Positions 50,057-60,334 of a stretch of 64,000 nucleotides of DNA are shown here, piece after piece (within the stretch, counting starts at the first letter, position 1; each line of letters begins with the position of its first letter). The stretch is from an uncultured Desulfospira sp. (GTDB taxonomy: Bacteria > Desulfobacterota > Desulfobacteria > Desulfobacterales > Desulfobacteraceae). The position numbers and the translations under genes are program-made. The stretch is from contig OY760175.1 of NCBI GenBank assembly GCA_963663165.1, positions 192,001 to 256,000 of the forward strand, given 5' to 3'. Under the pieces are notes generated by a model. That model worked only from the letters and a program-made list of their open reading frames with translations. It was not told the DNA's origin and made no database searches.

Positions 50057-51850
50057 ATGGGATTTAAGCCGACATTCAATTCACTGGATATTGCGCACGC
50101 CGGCAAGTGGCTGTTTTACTTTGTGATGATTGGTATCATTGCCGGGGGCGGGGCCGTACTGTTTCATTATCTGTGCGGCCTTGGCATGCATTATTTTCTG
50201 GATCTTATGGCCGGCTACCGGCCCGGCTCCCCGGCCGGTGAACATTTGCTCTTGCCCCATACCGACACCCCCTTTAACCGGTGGGTACTTCTTTTTCTGC
50301 CGGCCCTTGGCGGGATTGTTTCCGGCTGGCTGGTCTACACTTTTGCCCCTGAAGCCGAAGGCCACGGCACCGACGCTGCCATCGACGCCTATCACCACAA
50401 AGGCGGACGGATCCGGGGACGGATTCCCATTATCAAAACCATTGCATCCACCATTACCCTGACCACCGGTGGTTCCGGGGGCAGGGAAGGGCCCATTGCC
50501 CAGATCGGCGCGGGATTCGGATCTTTTCTGGCCACGAAGCTCAACCTGTCGGAAAGGGAGCGGCGGATCATGATGGCCGCCGGCATCGGCGCCGGTGTCG
50601 GCAGTATTTTCCGGGCGCCCATGGCCGGGGCGTTGTTTGCGGCCGAGGTCCTTTACCGTGATCCGGATTTTGAATCCGAGGTCATTATCCCTGCGGGAAT
50701 CTCGTCGGTGGTGGCCTATTGTACCTTCTGCCTGGTATTTGGCTGGGGATCACTGTTTGACTCTCCGGGATTTAAATTTCAGAACCCCCTGGAACTCGGG
50801 CCTTATGTGGTCCTGGCCGGTGTCCTTGCCCTGGTGGGGGTGTTTTATATCAAGGTGTTTTACGGGGTCATTGACATTTTTCATCGCTGGAAAATCCCCA
50901 ATCATATCAAACCGGCCATTGGCGGGCTGTTGACCGGCATCATCGGATATTTTCTGCCCTATACCCTGGCCTTTGGGTATGGCATGGCCCAGGACGCTAT
51001 CTTTAATAAGATCGCTATTTCTACCCTGATTGCCCTGGCCATCGGCAAGATTTTCACCACGGCCTTTTCCATCGGGTCCGGCGGGTCCGGCGGGGTTTTC
51101 GGCCCTTCAGTGGTGATCGGCGGGGCTGTGGGCGGGGCCGTGGGCAAGCTGTTCAACCTGCTGATTCCCACGGTGGTGGTCAATCCGGGGTCTTTTGTTA
51201 TTGTGGGCATGGCCGGGTTCTTTACGGCGGTTTCCAATACCCCCATCTCCACCATTATTTTTGTCAGCGAGATGACCAACTCCTATCATCTGCTGTTGCC
51301 AAGCCTTCTGGTCTGTTCCCTTTGCTATCTGCTGGCCAGGAAATGGACCATATTTGAAAATCAGGTCAAATCCCGGATTGATTCGCCTGCCCATGCCGGA
51401 GAATTCATGATGGATATCCTCCAGACCATCAAGGTGGAAAACTTAACCCACCTGATCAGAGAGGTCCGGTGCCTGAACGAAAACATGCCCTTCAGCGAGT
51501 TTAAAAAGATATTTCAGACCACAAAACAGCATTATTTCCCGGTAATGAATGCCAACGGGGAATTTACCGGGATTTTTTCTTCCACCGATATCAGAGAAGT
51601 CATTTTCACCATCCACATTGAAGAATTGGTGGTGATGAAGGACATCATGGTCGGCGATCTGATCACCACCCATCCCGGCGAAGATTTGAACACGGTGCTG
51701 CTCAAACTGACAAAGAAGAATATTGATGCCTTGCCCGTGGTCAGCGAAGATGATCCCAAACATTTCTTAGGGATGATTTATCGCCGGGATATCATTTCCC
51801 ACTACAACGATCATGTCCAGAGAATCCGGGATCATTCCCCGATGATTTAA
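50057..51850 (+). CDS. CLC chloride channel/antiporter with CBS pair
   Basis: GHGTD, GREGP, GGVFGP, C-terminal CBS. Confidence 0.93.
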   Translation: MGFKPTFNSLDIAHAGKWLFYFVMIGIIAGGGAVLFHYLCGLGMHYFLDLMAGYRPGSPAGEHLLLPHTDTPFNRWVLLFLPALGGIVSGWLVYTFAPEAEGHGTDAAIDAYHHKGGRIRGRIPIIKTIASTITLTTGGSGGREGPIAQIGAGFGSFLATKLNLSERERRIMMAAGIGAGVGSIFRAPMAGALFAAEVLYRDPDFESEVIIPAGISSVVAYCTFCLVFGWGSLFDSPGFKFQNPLELGPYVVLAGVLALVGVFYIKVFYGVIDIFHRWKIPNHIKPAIGGLLTGIIGYFLPYTLAFGYGMAQDAIFNKIAISTLIALAIGKIFTTAFSIGSGGSGGVFGPSVVIGGAVGGAVGKLFNLLIPTVVVNPGSFVIVGMAGFFTAVSNTPISTIIFVSEMTNSYHLLLPSLLVCSLCYLLARKWTIFENQVKSRIDSPAHAGEFMMDILQTIKVENLTHLIREVRCLNENMPFSEFKKIFQTTKQHYFPVMNANGEFTGIFSSTDIREVIFTIHIEELVVMKDIMVGDLITTHPGEDLNTVLLKLTKKNIDALPVVSEDDPKHFLGMIYRRDIISHYNDHVQRIRDHSPMI

Positions 51851-52269
51851 CCCAAAATACCCGGGGTGATGCCCTTTTACGAAAAAAATGAAAAAACAGC
51901 GGGTTAAGGCTAAATTCGTCCTTGACATTGAGCTGGCTTCAAATATTTTGGGGAGTAACCCTGCACTTATAAACAGGCCCCAAAAAAGCTCCGGTAAAAG
52001 ATTTCTGTATTTTTCTTACTTAAGAAAAGGGCGCCATCCTTGTTTTAAGCCCTTCTTCAGTCTATAGATCATACATCCTTGTTCCTGCGAGAATCTGACT
52101 TGGTAAAAGCAGGTGAATTTGAAGGCAGACCATGTTTGAAAAAACAAATCATTACATTCATAGGATAACACCATGAAATTAAAAATTTCCCACAAATTAA
52201 TCGGCTGCTTCATATCAGGCGGAACATACATATGATGCGCCCAAAGATGCCGGCGCCCTGTGGTGGCCC

Positions 52270-52456
52270 GGGGAGTTGAATGTCCAGTATCTGCAATATC
52301 TTTACATTGCCAACAACCCTTTTTCCATTGGCGCAAAACAGGAGATGGACGCGGCCGGGGAGGACCGGCTTTACGACATCGTCCATATGAAATATCACCT
52401 AAGATTCCGAAAGCTTGCCCAGGAATTCGGATATCACGATCTGTTTTTAGATGCCA
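52270..52456 (+). pseudogene. Remnant of a Cache-domain chemoreceptor/sensor
   Basis: LQYLYIANNP..G.K...YH..F...FGYHDLFLD; ends at a repeat. Confidence 0.6.
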
Positions 52457-52651
52457 AAAAAATCGGTTTAAGGCCAAAAAGGGGGGGGGGCGGTTTTTAA
52501 CTATATCCTTTTAAATCGGGCTTCTCTTGCTCAGCCCGGCCCCCGGCTGCCCCGATTGGGCTTCTTTCCCGGCCGCCCCCGGCCGCAACAAAAACATGCT
52601 GCGGACAGGCCGAAGATCTTCTCGTTAAGTCAGTAAAAACAATTCTTCGGG

Positions 52652-52691
52652 TTGACTATTTCTTCGAAAGTAAGTACAGTATAAATGTACA
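52652..52691 (+). promoter_or_regulatory. yefM-yoeB promoter and operator
   Basis: TTGACT-17-TACAGT; AGTACA and TGTACA hexamers. Confidence 0.7.
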
Positions 52692-52709
52692 TATAAATAA
52701 GGAGATACC

Positions 52710-52994
52710 ATGGCAATTCATACGACATACACTAATGCGAGAGCGAATCTCGCTCATCTTTTTGATGAGGTTACCTATAACCAGGAAACCGTGATCATCA
52801 ATCGTAGAGGCAAAGAAGATGTCGCTTTAATCTCAGCAACCGAACTTGAAAGCCTATTTGAGACAGCACATCTGCTTAGATCACCCAAAAACGCACAGCG
52901 ATTATTAAAAGCCTTGAGCCGGGCGTTATCTGACTCAGAATCATCAACAAAAATAGAGGATTTAAAAAAAGAGGTTGGAATTGGCAAAAAGTAA
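52710..52994 (+). CDS. yefM: YefM/Phd antitoxin
   Basis: YTNARANLA...ETAHLLRSPKNAQRL. Confidence 0.92.
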   Translation: MAIHTTYTNARANLAHLFDEVTYNQETVIINRRGKEDVALISATELESLFETAHLLRSPKNAQRLLKALSRALSDSESSTKIEDLKKEVGIGKK

Positions 52995-53256
52995 AAAAAC
53001 AAGAGAAGCCATATTCCAGCCTGAATTTCGAGAGGATTTAAAATACTGGGTAAAAACTGATCGGAAAATTGCCCTAAAAGCCTTTGAACTCATTGAGGCA
53101 ATTATGAGAGATCCATTCAAAGGAATAGGAAAACCTGAACCGTTAAAATATCTCGCTCCAAATACTTGGTCCAGAAGACTTACACAGGAACACCGGATTG
53201 TGTATTTAGCCAGAGAAAACAAAATTGACTTTTTGCAGGCCCGCTATCACTATTGA
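52975..53256 (+). CDS. yoeB: YoeB/Txe toxin
   Basis: PFKGIGKPEPLK, WSRRLTQEHRIVY, QARYHY. Confidence 0.93.
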   Translation: MELAKSKKTREAIFQPEFREDLKYWVKTDRKIALKAFELIEAIMRDPFKGIGKPEPLKYLAPNTWSRRLTQEHRIVYLARENKIDFLQARYHY

Positions 53257-53648
53257 GCTGCCAAACAATTCAATAAATCCGGGGCATGTCCTTCAATCAG
53301 GTTTGAATAACAGCAATTCATGAAACGGACCAGACCTGCGACAGAATAAAGGGAAGCCCCTTTGGTGCACCAATTTCATAGGGTCCTATCAGTACATATT
53401 GGTGAAAAAAAAGTCTTCGGTTGATAACACTGTGCTACTCAGCTCCAAAAGTTTGAAATTTTGTTAAGATTATCCTGGGAGAAATAATACAGTTACTCTC
53501 CAAAATAATGGACTTGGGACTTGGGACCTGGGACCTGGGACTTGCAGTATCCACGGCCTACCCAAGCCCCAAATCCCGAGCCTCAAGCCGGCAGTTAGCG
53601 TGAGCCCGTTTGATTTATCCTTCACAAACAACATGTTATACGGACAAT

Positions 53649-53680
53649 GGTGGGCAACGTTGCGCTTTTGTCCACCCTAC
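53649..53680 (-). repeat. GTAG-type REP
   Basis: Minus strand GTAG-GGTGGACAA...TTGCCCACC. Confidence 0.7.
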
Positions 53681-54275
53681 CTGGCTTTCCTTTCAAAAAA
53701 AACTCTCGCCAAGACGCAAAGGCGCAAAGCTTAAATACCCTTGGGCAATGGTATTCTTTGCGCCTTAGGCAGCAAGTTAAAATAACTTATCCACCTTACT
53801 TGCCTTTTTCCTTGTTTTCTTCGTCGGACAAAGGCACACATAGCTCGTTATGCGTGCCTCTGTCCGCCTTGAAAACAAAGAAAAATTCAGCGCAATTTGC
53901 ACAACTTATTTTAACTTGCTACCTTAGCGCCTTTGCGTGAAAATATAAAAAAGAGGGCAAAGCCCTCGATTTTAGCATCACAGAGCAAAGAGAAAAGCAT
54001 TCCATATATTGAGAAATCCTTGCTACCCCAAGTCCCATATCCCATATCCCAAGTCCCAATTTTATACAGTATTAAATTTACCATCAAGGAACACATCTTT
54101 TGGTTGCGGCTTTGCCGCGCTGTGCTACTCTTTGTTAAAGTGCCCATTTCGATGCCGAAGATAACGGTTTAAGGCCAAAAAGGGGGGCGGTTTTTAAGCT
54201 ATATCCCTTTCAATTGGGCTTCTTTCCCGGCCCGACCCCAATGGCTATGGCTGGACAATGGCTGGATGTCAAAAA

Positions 54276-55713
54276 TTAGCTCGGATTTGTATCCAGTATT
54301 TCTATGGATGGGTCACTTTTTACCTGATCAATTATCTCATCTGCCATGGCACTCTTTTTAAGGATAATTCCGTTTTTATCCAGAAGATACAGCGTTGGAA
54401 TTCCCATCACGGCAAAATTTGTAAAATTCACCCCGTCCGTGCCGGTCAAATCGCAGTAGTTGTCCGGCCATTGATGATAGATCCGTTTTTTTTCAAACCC
54501 CTGCTTTGAATCATCACCGCTGACGGCAATCACCTTCACGTTTTGTTCTTTCAGCCATTTATAACTGTTCGCTAACGTGATCAGGGCATCTTCGCACAGC
54601 TGACAGCTTCCCTTGTAAAACAGTAAAATGGTGTAGGCGGCGTTGAGATCATCGGTTTTAAGGGCAATATCGGTCCCGCTCTTACCTGTCTGGGCCAAAA
54701 CCGGTGCTTGAATACCAGGTCCGGTGCTTTGTCGCCTATGAGTATTTTAAAGGATGAAATCATCTGTCGGGTGGTATCGGTCAATTCGCCCATGGCTTTG
54801 GGACGCTTGTTCAGATGGGCTGTAATGGCGGGGAGCAGTTCATCTTTGCCTTTCTGGACCAGCGAAGGAACGGCTTTTTGTGCAAATGCGCCTAAAATTT
54901 TATCCTGATCCATTCTGCTGATAACCTTATCCAGCCGTTTTTCAAATGCCTGTGCATCTGCTTCCGATTGGATATTCATCATCAGCCAGTGGTGCAGAAC
55001 CTGGTCCCAGTGGCCGCTGGTATAGAGGGCTTCAAAGTCCAGGGTATGGGTCACAAAATCGTTGAAAAAGCGGATATGATCTTCCTGTTTTTCATACACC
55101 TTATCTGCTATCCCCCGGGTAAAATCCACAATCTGTGAAAACCGGGCCGCATATAAAGGGCTTGGCTTTTGGCCCTAACCGCCTGGGTCTGCTCAAATTG
55201 CAGGCGTAAATTCCCCTGTTCTTTTAAAACCACTTGATAAAGATCTTCTTCAGGAGGATATACCTGGAGCATATGGTTCACCGCACCCAGTTTGTCCAGG
55301 ATTGTCCTCTGATGGTTGCCCTGTGCTGCTAAATAGTCATTTTCCAGGTTGCCGGTATAGATGATGTTTTCCGGACCGGGGTGTTCGGACAGGCATTCCA
55401 CAAAAAATTCTTTTCCCGTGTAAATCATATCCAGGCCACCCCCTTTTTTCAGGAGCCACCTTGTCATACCCCGATAATCCTGATAGGCATCCGGCATGAT
55501 AAGGGTGACTTTCCCGTCCTGGGCAATTTTATCTGAACGAACCGTCACCTCTTTTTGGCCCTGGAAAATTTTCCAGTCATATGCCTGCCCTGCAAAGTGG
55601 GGAAAATGAAGTTGGATTTCCTGGGCATGGGCGATTGAGACGGATAGGAGGAAAACAAGGATAACAACACCGGGAATGAATGATTGACGATGGATAATGG
55701 ATATTTTTTTCAT
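54276..55713 (-). pseudogene. Exported thioredoxin-fold/peroxiredoxin-like protein, two frameshifts
   Basis: Three abutting ORFs (shifts near 55150 and 54705); signal peptide, GDKAPDL, CQLC, GIPTLYLLD. Confidence 0.75.
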
Positions 55714-55731
55714 TAGCGGGATAGATGATGT

Positions 55732-56034
55732 CTATGCAAACACGGACAGCCCTTTCCTGTCAACAAGATCAAGAAGTCTGCGCGCGGGACCGCTGGGTTT
55801 TTTAACGCCTTGTTCCCAATGCTGTACGGTTGTTTTTCCAATCCCAAGAACAGAGGCGAAAACAGCCTGGCTGACTCGGTTCCGGATTCTGATCTGACGA
55901 ATTTCTGAGGGGTTGAAAATCCGTGCCTCCGGCAAACAAAGCGTATCAAGCTGCCGCTTGGTCACTTTGTCCATTGCCCCAACTTCAAAAAGAGCTTCGC
56001 CCATATCTTTGGCTATTTTTAAAAGATCATTCAT
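55732..56034 (-). CDS. HigA-like HTH antitoxin (probable start 56034)
   Basis: SQAVFA...WEQGVKKPSGPA. Confidence 0.88.
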   Translation of the reverse strand: MNDLLKIAKDMGEALFEVGAMDKVTKRQLDTLCLPEARIFNPSEIRQIRIRNRVSQAVFASVLGIGKTTVQHWEQGVKKPSGPARRLLDLVDRKGLSVFA

Positions 56035-56401
56035 TGTTTTCCACCTCCCATATCGAACCATTTTTTATCAGGGCATTAAGCTGTTTTTCCGTTGCAGCCA
56101 TCAATGCCTTGGACGCCAATTTTAAAGCCGTTTTTTCTTTTTCAGAAATATTGGACCTCTGATTTTTTGCAAAAGCATATAAAAAAACAATTCGGCTTTC
56201 TTCTCTATATCCAACAAGAACCCGGTATCCGCCACTTTTGCCGGAACCGGATTTAGACAGTCGTTTTTTGAATAAAAACCCTCCAAGATTAACCTCTACA
56301 TTACCGGCTTCGATTTCTTTGGCGGCCTCAATCAAAGTCGTATCAGAAATTTTTTCTTTCCCTGCCCAATGATTGAACCATTTATTTTTAAAAATCCTCA
56401 C
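56027..56401 (-). CDS. RelE/HigB-like toxin
   Basis: LGGFLFKKR...GKSGGYRV...YAFAKN. Confidence 0.88.
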   Translation of the reverse strand: MRIFKNKWFNHWAGKEKISDTTLIEAAKEIEAGNVEVNLGGFLFKKRLSKSGSGKSGGYRVLVGYREESRIVFLYAFAKNQRSNISEKEKTALKLASKALMAATEKQLNALIKNGSIWEVENNE

Positions 56402-56545
56402 TGTCTAAGTATATTCCTTGGTAATACACTTTTCAAGATTGAAATTTAAAATTCACCACTATCTCTTTCAGGGCGATGCCGTTCCTGTCAAACAGAAAGG
56501 GCCGGCAGTCACAGGGACCATGCCAATTTGCTCAGACTATCTGAA

Positions 56546-56908
56546 TTATTCTGCGACGCAGCGCACCGAATAGCCGTAAATGCGGTCGGGGTTGTACATG
56601 GTGGCGCGGCTGCTGGAGAAGCGCAGGTACCAGGCGTTGTCGCTGGAACTGGAATCCTGGGTACTCGACCAGTAGCGGCCGGTGTAGCCGCGGGTGTTCA
56701 GCGCACCGCTGGAGTAGAAGTCCCGGCCCCCGGCGGCCGGCAACATCAAGCCATTACCAAAAAAACGGGCTGAACTATAGTTGGTTACACTACCTGACCA
56801 TGACCCTACGGTACTCTGGCTGTTATTATTTCTGACACCATCCCACTGGCTTATGGTAGGCACCCGGAATCCTTCAGGGCAGGGATCATTGGCTGTTTTA
56901 TAAGAATC
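56546..56908 (-). pseudogene. C-terminal fragment of a FISUMP (Fib_succ_major, CLec-fold) domain protein
   Basis: DPCPEGFRVPT, LPAAG.R, YWSST, GYSVRCV; 5' end cut by a repeat. Confidence 0.8.
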
Positions 56909-57064
56909 CAATTGGGCTTCTTGCCCGGCCCGACCCCAATAGAATTTAAGAAAATAGAACCAATAGAAAACCCAATAGAAAAATTTCTATATTGCTCTTT
57001 TTTGTTCTAAAAAATGGATTATAGACCCTCTATCGGGGGGCTTTTTTGTCTTAAATGTCTTAAT

Positions 57065-58303
57065 TTATATCATTATGCTTGGTCCGACCCCGTATTCATT
57101 TGACCGGCTTTTGTTCAAAGCAACCGTACACTGACCTAAGTCTGATGAAACCGTGTCACAACCCGACCAGCTTAAGATCTGGGAATCCGGACCGGGTGAT
57201 GCAGTAAACGTAACCAGGGATGATTCATCAGCAGGCAGATAAACGTGGTCTTCAAACACGGGTTCCGTCAAAGTGGAATCAACAGCGAGATTGGCAGGGG
57301 CATCACAGGTTGCACTGCCTGATCCAAACACGGACAGGGTAATTTTCACTGATTGGTAACGGGAGTCCGGGACCGGGAACCGGGTCATAAGATAAGAATA
57401 TGTGTCATCCATACAGGAGAGCATCCGGGCTGTGTTGCCGGAAATCAGAGTCTCAATAATGGAATATCCTTCTCCGTTTACGGTTGAAAGCCAGCCATAA
57501 TCAGTTTTCAGCTTGTCCAGATGGGTTGGGTCGGCAGGATCAAATGCCAGGATGTCATACCAGTCAACAGCGCCATTGCCGTCAATATCTGTTTTGATAA
57601 GGTTTCGTGCCAGATCTGCCATACGGATGGCAAGGTCTTTCGGCGGGACTTCAGAAAAAAGATGTTCGATGTAACGATAGGCCAGTTCGGTCAAAGGCGT
57701 TATATGTAAGCTTTTGTCCCGCCAGTCCGAAGCTTTTGCCATGGCATAAAGGGCTCCCAGGCTGGTGGTTGATTCATCGTCAATCAGGCCGTCCCCATCG
57801 TGGTCAATATCTTCACCGCCGGCTGCCAGGACAATGACCCAGTCATCGTCATCCACACCGTTTAACGACAGGCTGAAAGTGCCGGCTGTGTCAAGATCAT
57901 CGGACACTACGGCATTGACGGGCCCTTCCACTGGAACACTTAAGGACGTTACCCGGTAAGCCGTAATCTGGGCATTGGACAACGGCCCCACCATGTCCGC
58001 CTGAGAGGAGACGCCCAGACAGTCAGTCTGCCCGAACTCATCGGCAAATTCAGCCAGATCCGGCTCATCCATCACGGCGCTGCCGTCATAATCAGCCGTG
58101 CATCCGTTGGTGCAGTCGTTGATGGTATACTGCTCTATGAATGCCGCCGTATCCTTTCCACCAACGTCCTTATCCCCGTCCAGATCCATAAAACAGGAGG
58201 TCAGATCGGCCCCATGGGCAACAGAACTAAAACAGATCATTATGAGAAACAATATTCTAAAAGCAGCTTGAGATTTTCCAACTCCGGTCAACGCCATCTT
58301 CAT
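57065..58303 (-). pseudogene. Secreted/surface protein with dockerin-like Ca-binding repeats, C-terminally truncated
   Basis: GGAGG RBS, signal peptide, DLDGDKDV..D...F motifs, WSGCD; ends in GGGGTCGGACC-derived residues. Confidence 0.65.
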
Positions 58304-58449
58304 CCGTCTTCCTCCAGTCATCTTTTGGTTATCTGCCCCGGCAAATATTCTAAAACAATCGCAGCTCCCGGGATTGACCATAATCCACTTCCAACCAACG
58401 CTTTGCAAACCAGCTTCATTATCAATGAACACAAACGCCGGGTCACCTT

Positions 58450-58535
58450 TCAGGCAATCCGGCGCTCTTTTTAAAATACCTTTTAAGACCCGTGGCTTTC
58501 CGTTGCTGCCTCACAGCAGGTTTGGCTGTGTCATA
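58450..58535 (-). promoter_or_regulatory. Cyclic di-GMP-I (GEMM-I) riboswitch, possibly degenerate
   Basis: GCCAAAC-CTGCT-GTGA-GGCAG...ACGGAAAGCCACGGGTC...GCCGGATTGCC. Confidence 0.75.
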
Positions 58536-58552
58536 ATGCCGTATAGAAAACA

Positions 58553-58568
58553 AGCAATAATTATGCCT
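58553..58568 (-). promoter_or_regulatory. Sigma-54 promoter
   Basis: AGGCAT-AATTA-TTGCT (GG-N10-GC) just upstream of the riboswitch. Confidence 0.65.
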
Positions 58569-58912
58569 TGTTTTTAATCCCAACTTCGCCATATCGTAAG
58601 TTGATTATATTTAAGAATGTTCTTAACGTGAAGGCAATTGGGGTTTAATGACTGAGCCCAATTCACCAAGGAATTTTCCCAAAAGTGGTAAAAAAAGTAA
58701 TAGGGGTGTGAAAAAAAGGTAATACATACGGTCTTCCAAACCCAGGGGATTTATGGCGGTTTTGCGCCCGGCCGGGGCACTCTTGTAAAGTGAACGTTTT
58801 GATGCCCCAAAAAATCGAGTTAAGTTTAGAAATAGGGCCGGTTTTTAAATTATGCTGCTTGAATGGGATAGCTAAAGATGGCCCGAGGCGGTTATCAGGA
58901 TCACGCTCCGGT

Positions 58913-60139
58913 TCAGGATTTGGAAAGCAGCACCTTTGCCACAGCCCGTTCCATTTGCTCAAGCCGGGTGGTAAGATCGCCGGTATAGCCTATGGCGATC
59001 CTGAGCAGGCCGGGTGACAGGCCCATTTTCTGCTGATCCTCAATGCCGATTTCAGAGGATGTCGAGGAGCCAGAACAGCTGATCAGGGTGTCAAAATATC
59101 CCAAAGAGACTGCAATCATGCCAAAGGCCTCTTCATTCTGGAGGACTTCCATGAGCGCTTCGGCCTTTTCCCGGGTACCGCAGTCAATGGCCAGGATGCC
59201 GCCAAGGCCGTATTTTTCATTGGACAGCTGACAGGCCAGATCATGCTCGGGGTGGTCGGGCAGGCCCGGATAGGTCACTTTTATGCCCATGTCTTTGAGC
59301 ATGTCAGCCATGGCCGCGCCCCTGCGGCTGTGTTCTTTCATCCGGATGGGCAGGTGGGGAATCCGCTGGATCAGGTCAAAGGCCACCCGGGGATCCATGG
59401 TGGGGCCTAACAGCATGACCCGGCCGGTATGAAGATCCATTAAATCCAGGATAAATTGTTTATCACCGCAAATGGCGCCGGCTATGAGATCGCTGGCGCC
59501 GTTGATGTACTTGGTGAGCGAATAGACCACCACATCCGCCCCAAGGACCTTTGGCGTAAAAATCAGCGGCGAAAAGGTATTGTCCACAACCAGCTTGATG
59601 TCATTTTTCCGGGCCTGCCTGGAAAGGGCTGGGATATCGGCGATCCTGAGGGTGGGATTGCCCATGGTTTCTGTATAGATCACCTTTGTTTTCTTGGTGA
59701 TGGCTTGGGCGACAGCGGATAAATCCGTGATATTCACAAAGGTGGTTTTAATGTTCATCTGGGGCAGCAGAGATTCCAAAAGGGCGTGGGTGCCGCCGTA
59801 AATGCTTTGGCTGGCCACAATATGATCTCCGCTTTGGCAAATCTGCATTATGGCGCAGGCAATGGCCGCCATGCCGCTGGCTGTGCAGACAGCCGCTTGG
59901 GTGCCTTCAATCGCTGCCAGATACCGGGACAGCACATCCACTGTGGGGTTGAAATGGCGGCTGTAGAGAAAGCATCCTCCCTGTTCAGGACCTTTAAGGC
60001 CGCTGAATATTTCCGGCATGGTCTGGGGGTGTATTACCGTAAAGGTTGCGGAACGGGATATGGAAGGGGCCACCCCGCCGTGTTCGCCAAACTCTCTTCG
60101 GGCACTGAGCAGCGCCTGTTCGGGATTATAGGTTTTCAC
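58913..60139 (-). CDS. Cys/Met metabolism PLP enzyme (methionine gamma-lyase-like)
   Basis: YSRHFNPT, ASGMAAI, DNTF, SLTKY, AVSLG. Confidence 0.9.
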   Translation of the reverse strand: MKTYNPEQALLSARREFGEHGGVAPSISRSATFTVIHPQTMPEIFSGLKGPEQGGCFLYSRHFNPTVDVLSRYLAAIEGTQAAVCTASGMAAIACAIMQICQSGDHIVASQSIYGGTHALLESLLPQMNIKTTFVNITDLSAVAQAITKKTKVIYTETMGNPTLRIADIPALSRQARKNDIKLVVDNTFSPLIFTPKVLGADVVVYSLTKYINGASDLIAGAICGDKQFILDLMDLHTGRVMLLGPTMDPRVAFDLIQRIPHLPIRMKEHSRRGAAMADMLKDMGIKVTYPGLPDHPEHDLACQLSNEKYGLGGILAIDCGTREKAEALMEVLQNEEAFGMIAVSLGYFDTLISCSGSSTSSEIGIEDQQKMGLSPGLLRIAIGYTGDLTTRLEQMERAVAKVLLSKS

Positions 60140-60334
60140 AATAAACCTCCTTTGGCCGGCGGCCGCTGTGTTTTGTTTTTTCGATAGATAAAATGTACCA
60201 GGAATTTAATGAAATGTCCTGGCTTTTTAACGGCCACGGGCCGCCCTGGTTATCCAACCAAGAACCGCTCACAACGAATAATGAAAGTCTTATCAGGATG
60301 TTAGTGAGACTTTTTTATAAAAAGAGATGAACAG

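Noticed and set aside
51945..51990. yybP-ykoY riboswitch (GGGGAGTAAC)
   Set aside because: The remaining conserved elements were not found; only a simple hairpin
52450..56940. CRISPR array from the 32-bp repeats
   Set aside because: Spacing is in kilobases and irregular; no cas genes
53270..58600. Complete DGR
   Set aside because: No reverse transcriptase, Avd or AAC-rich template repeat seen in the window
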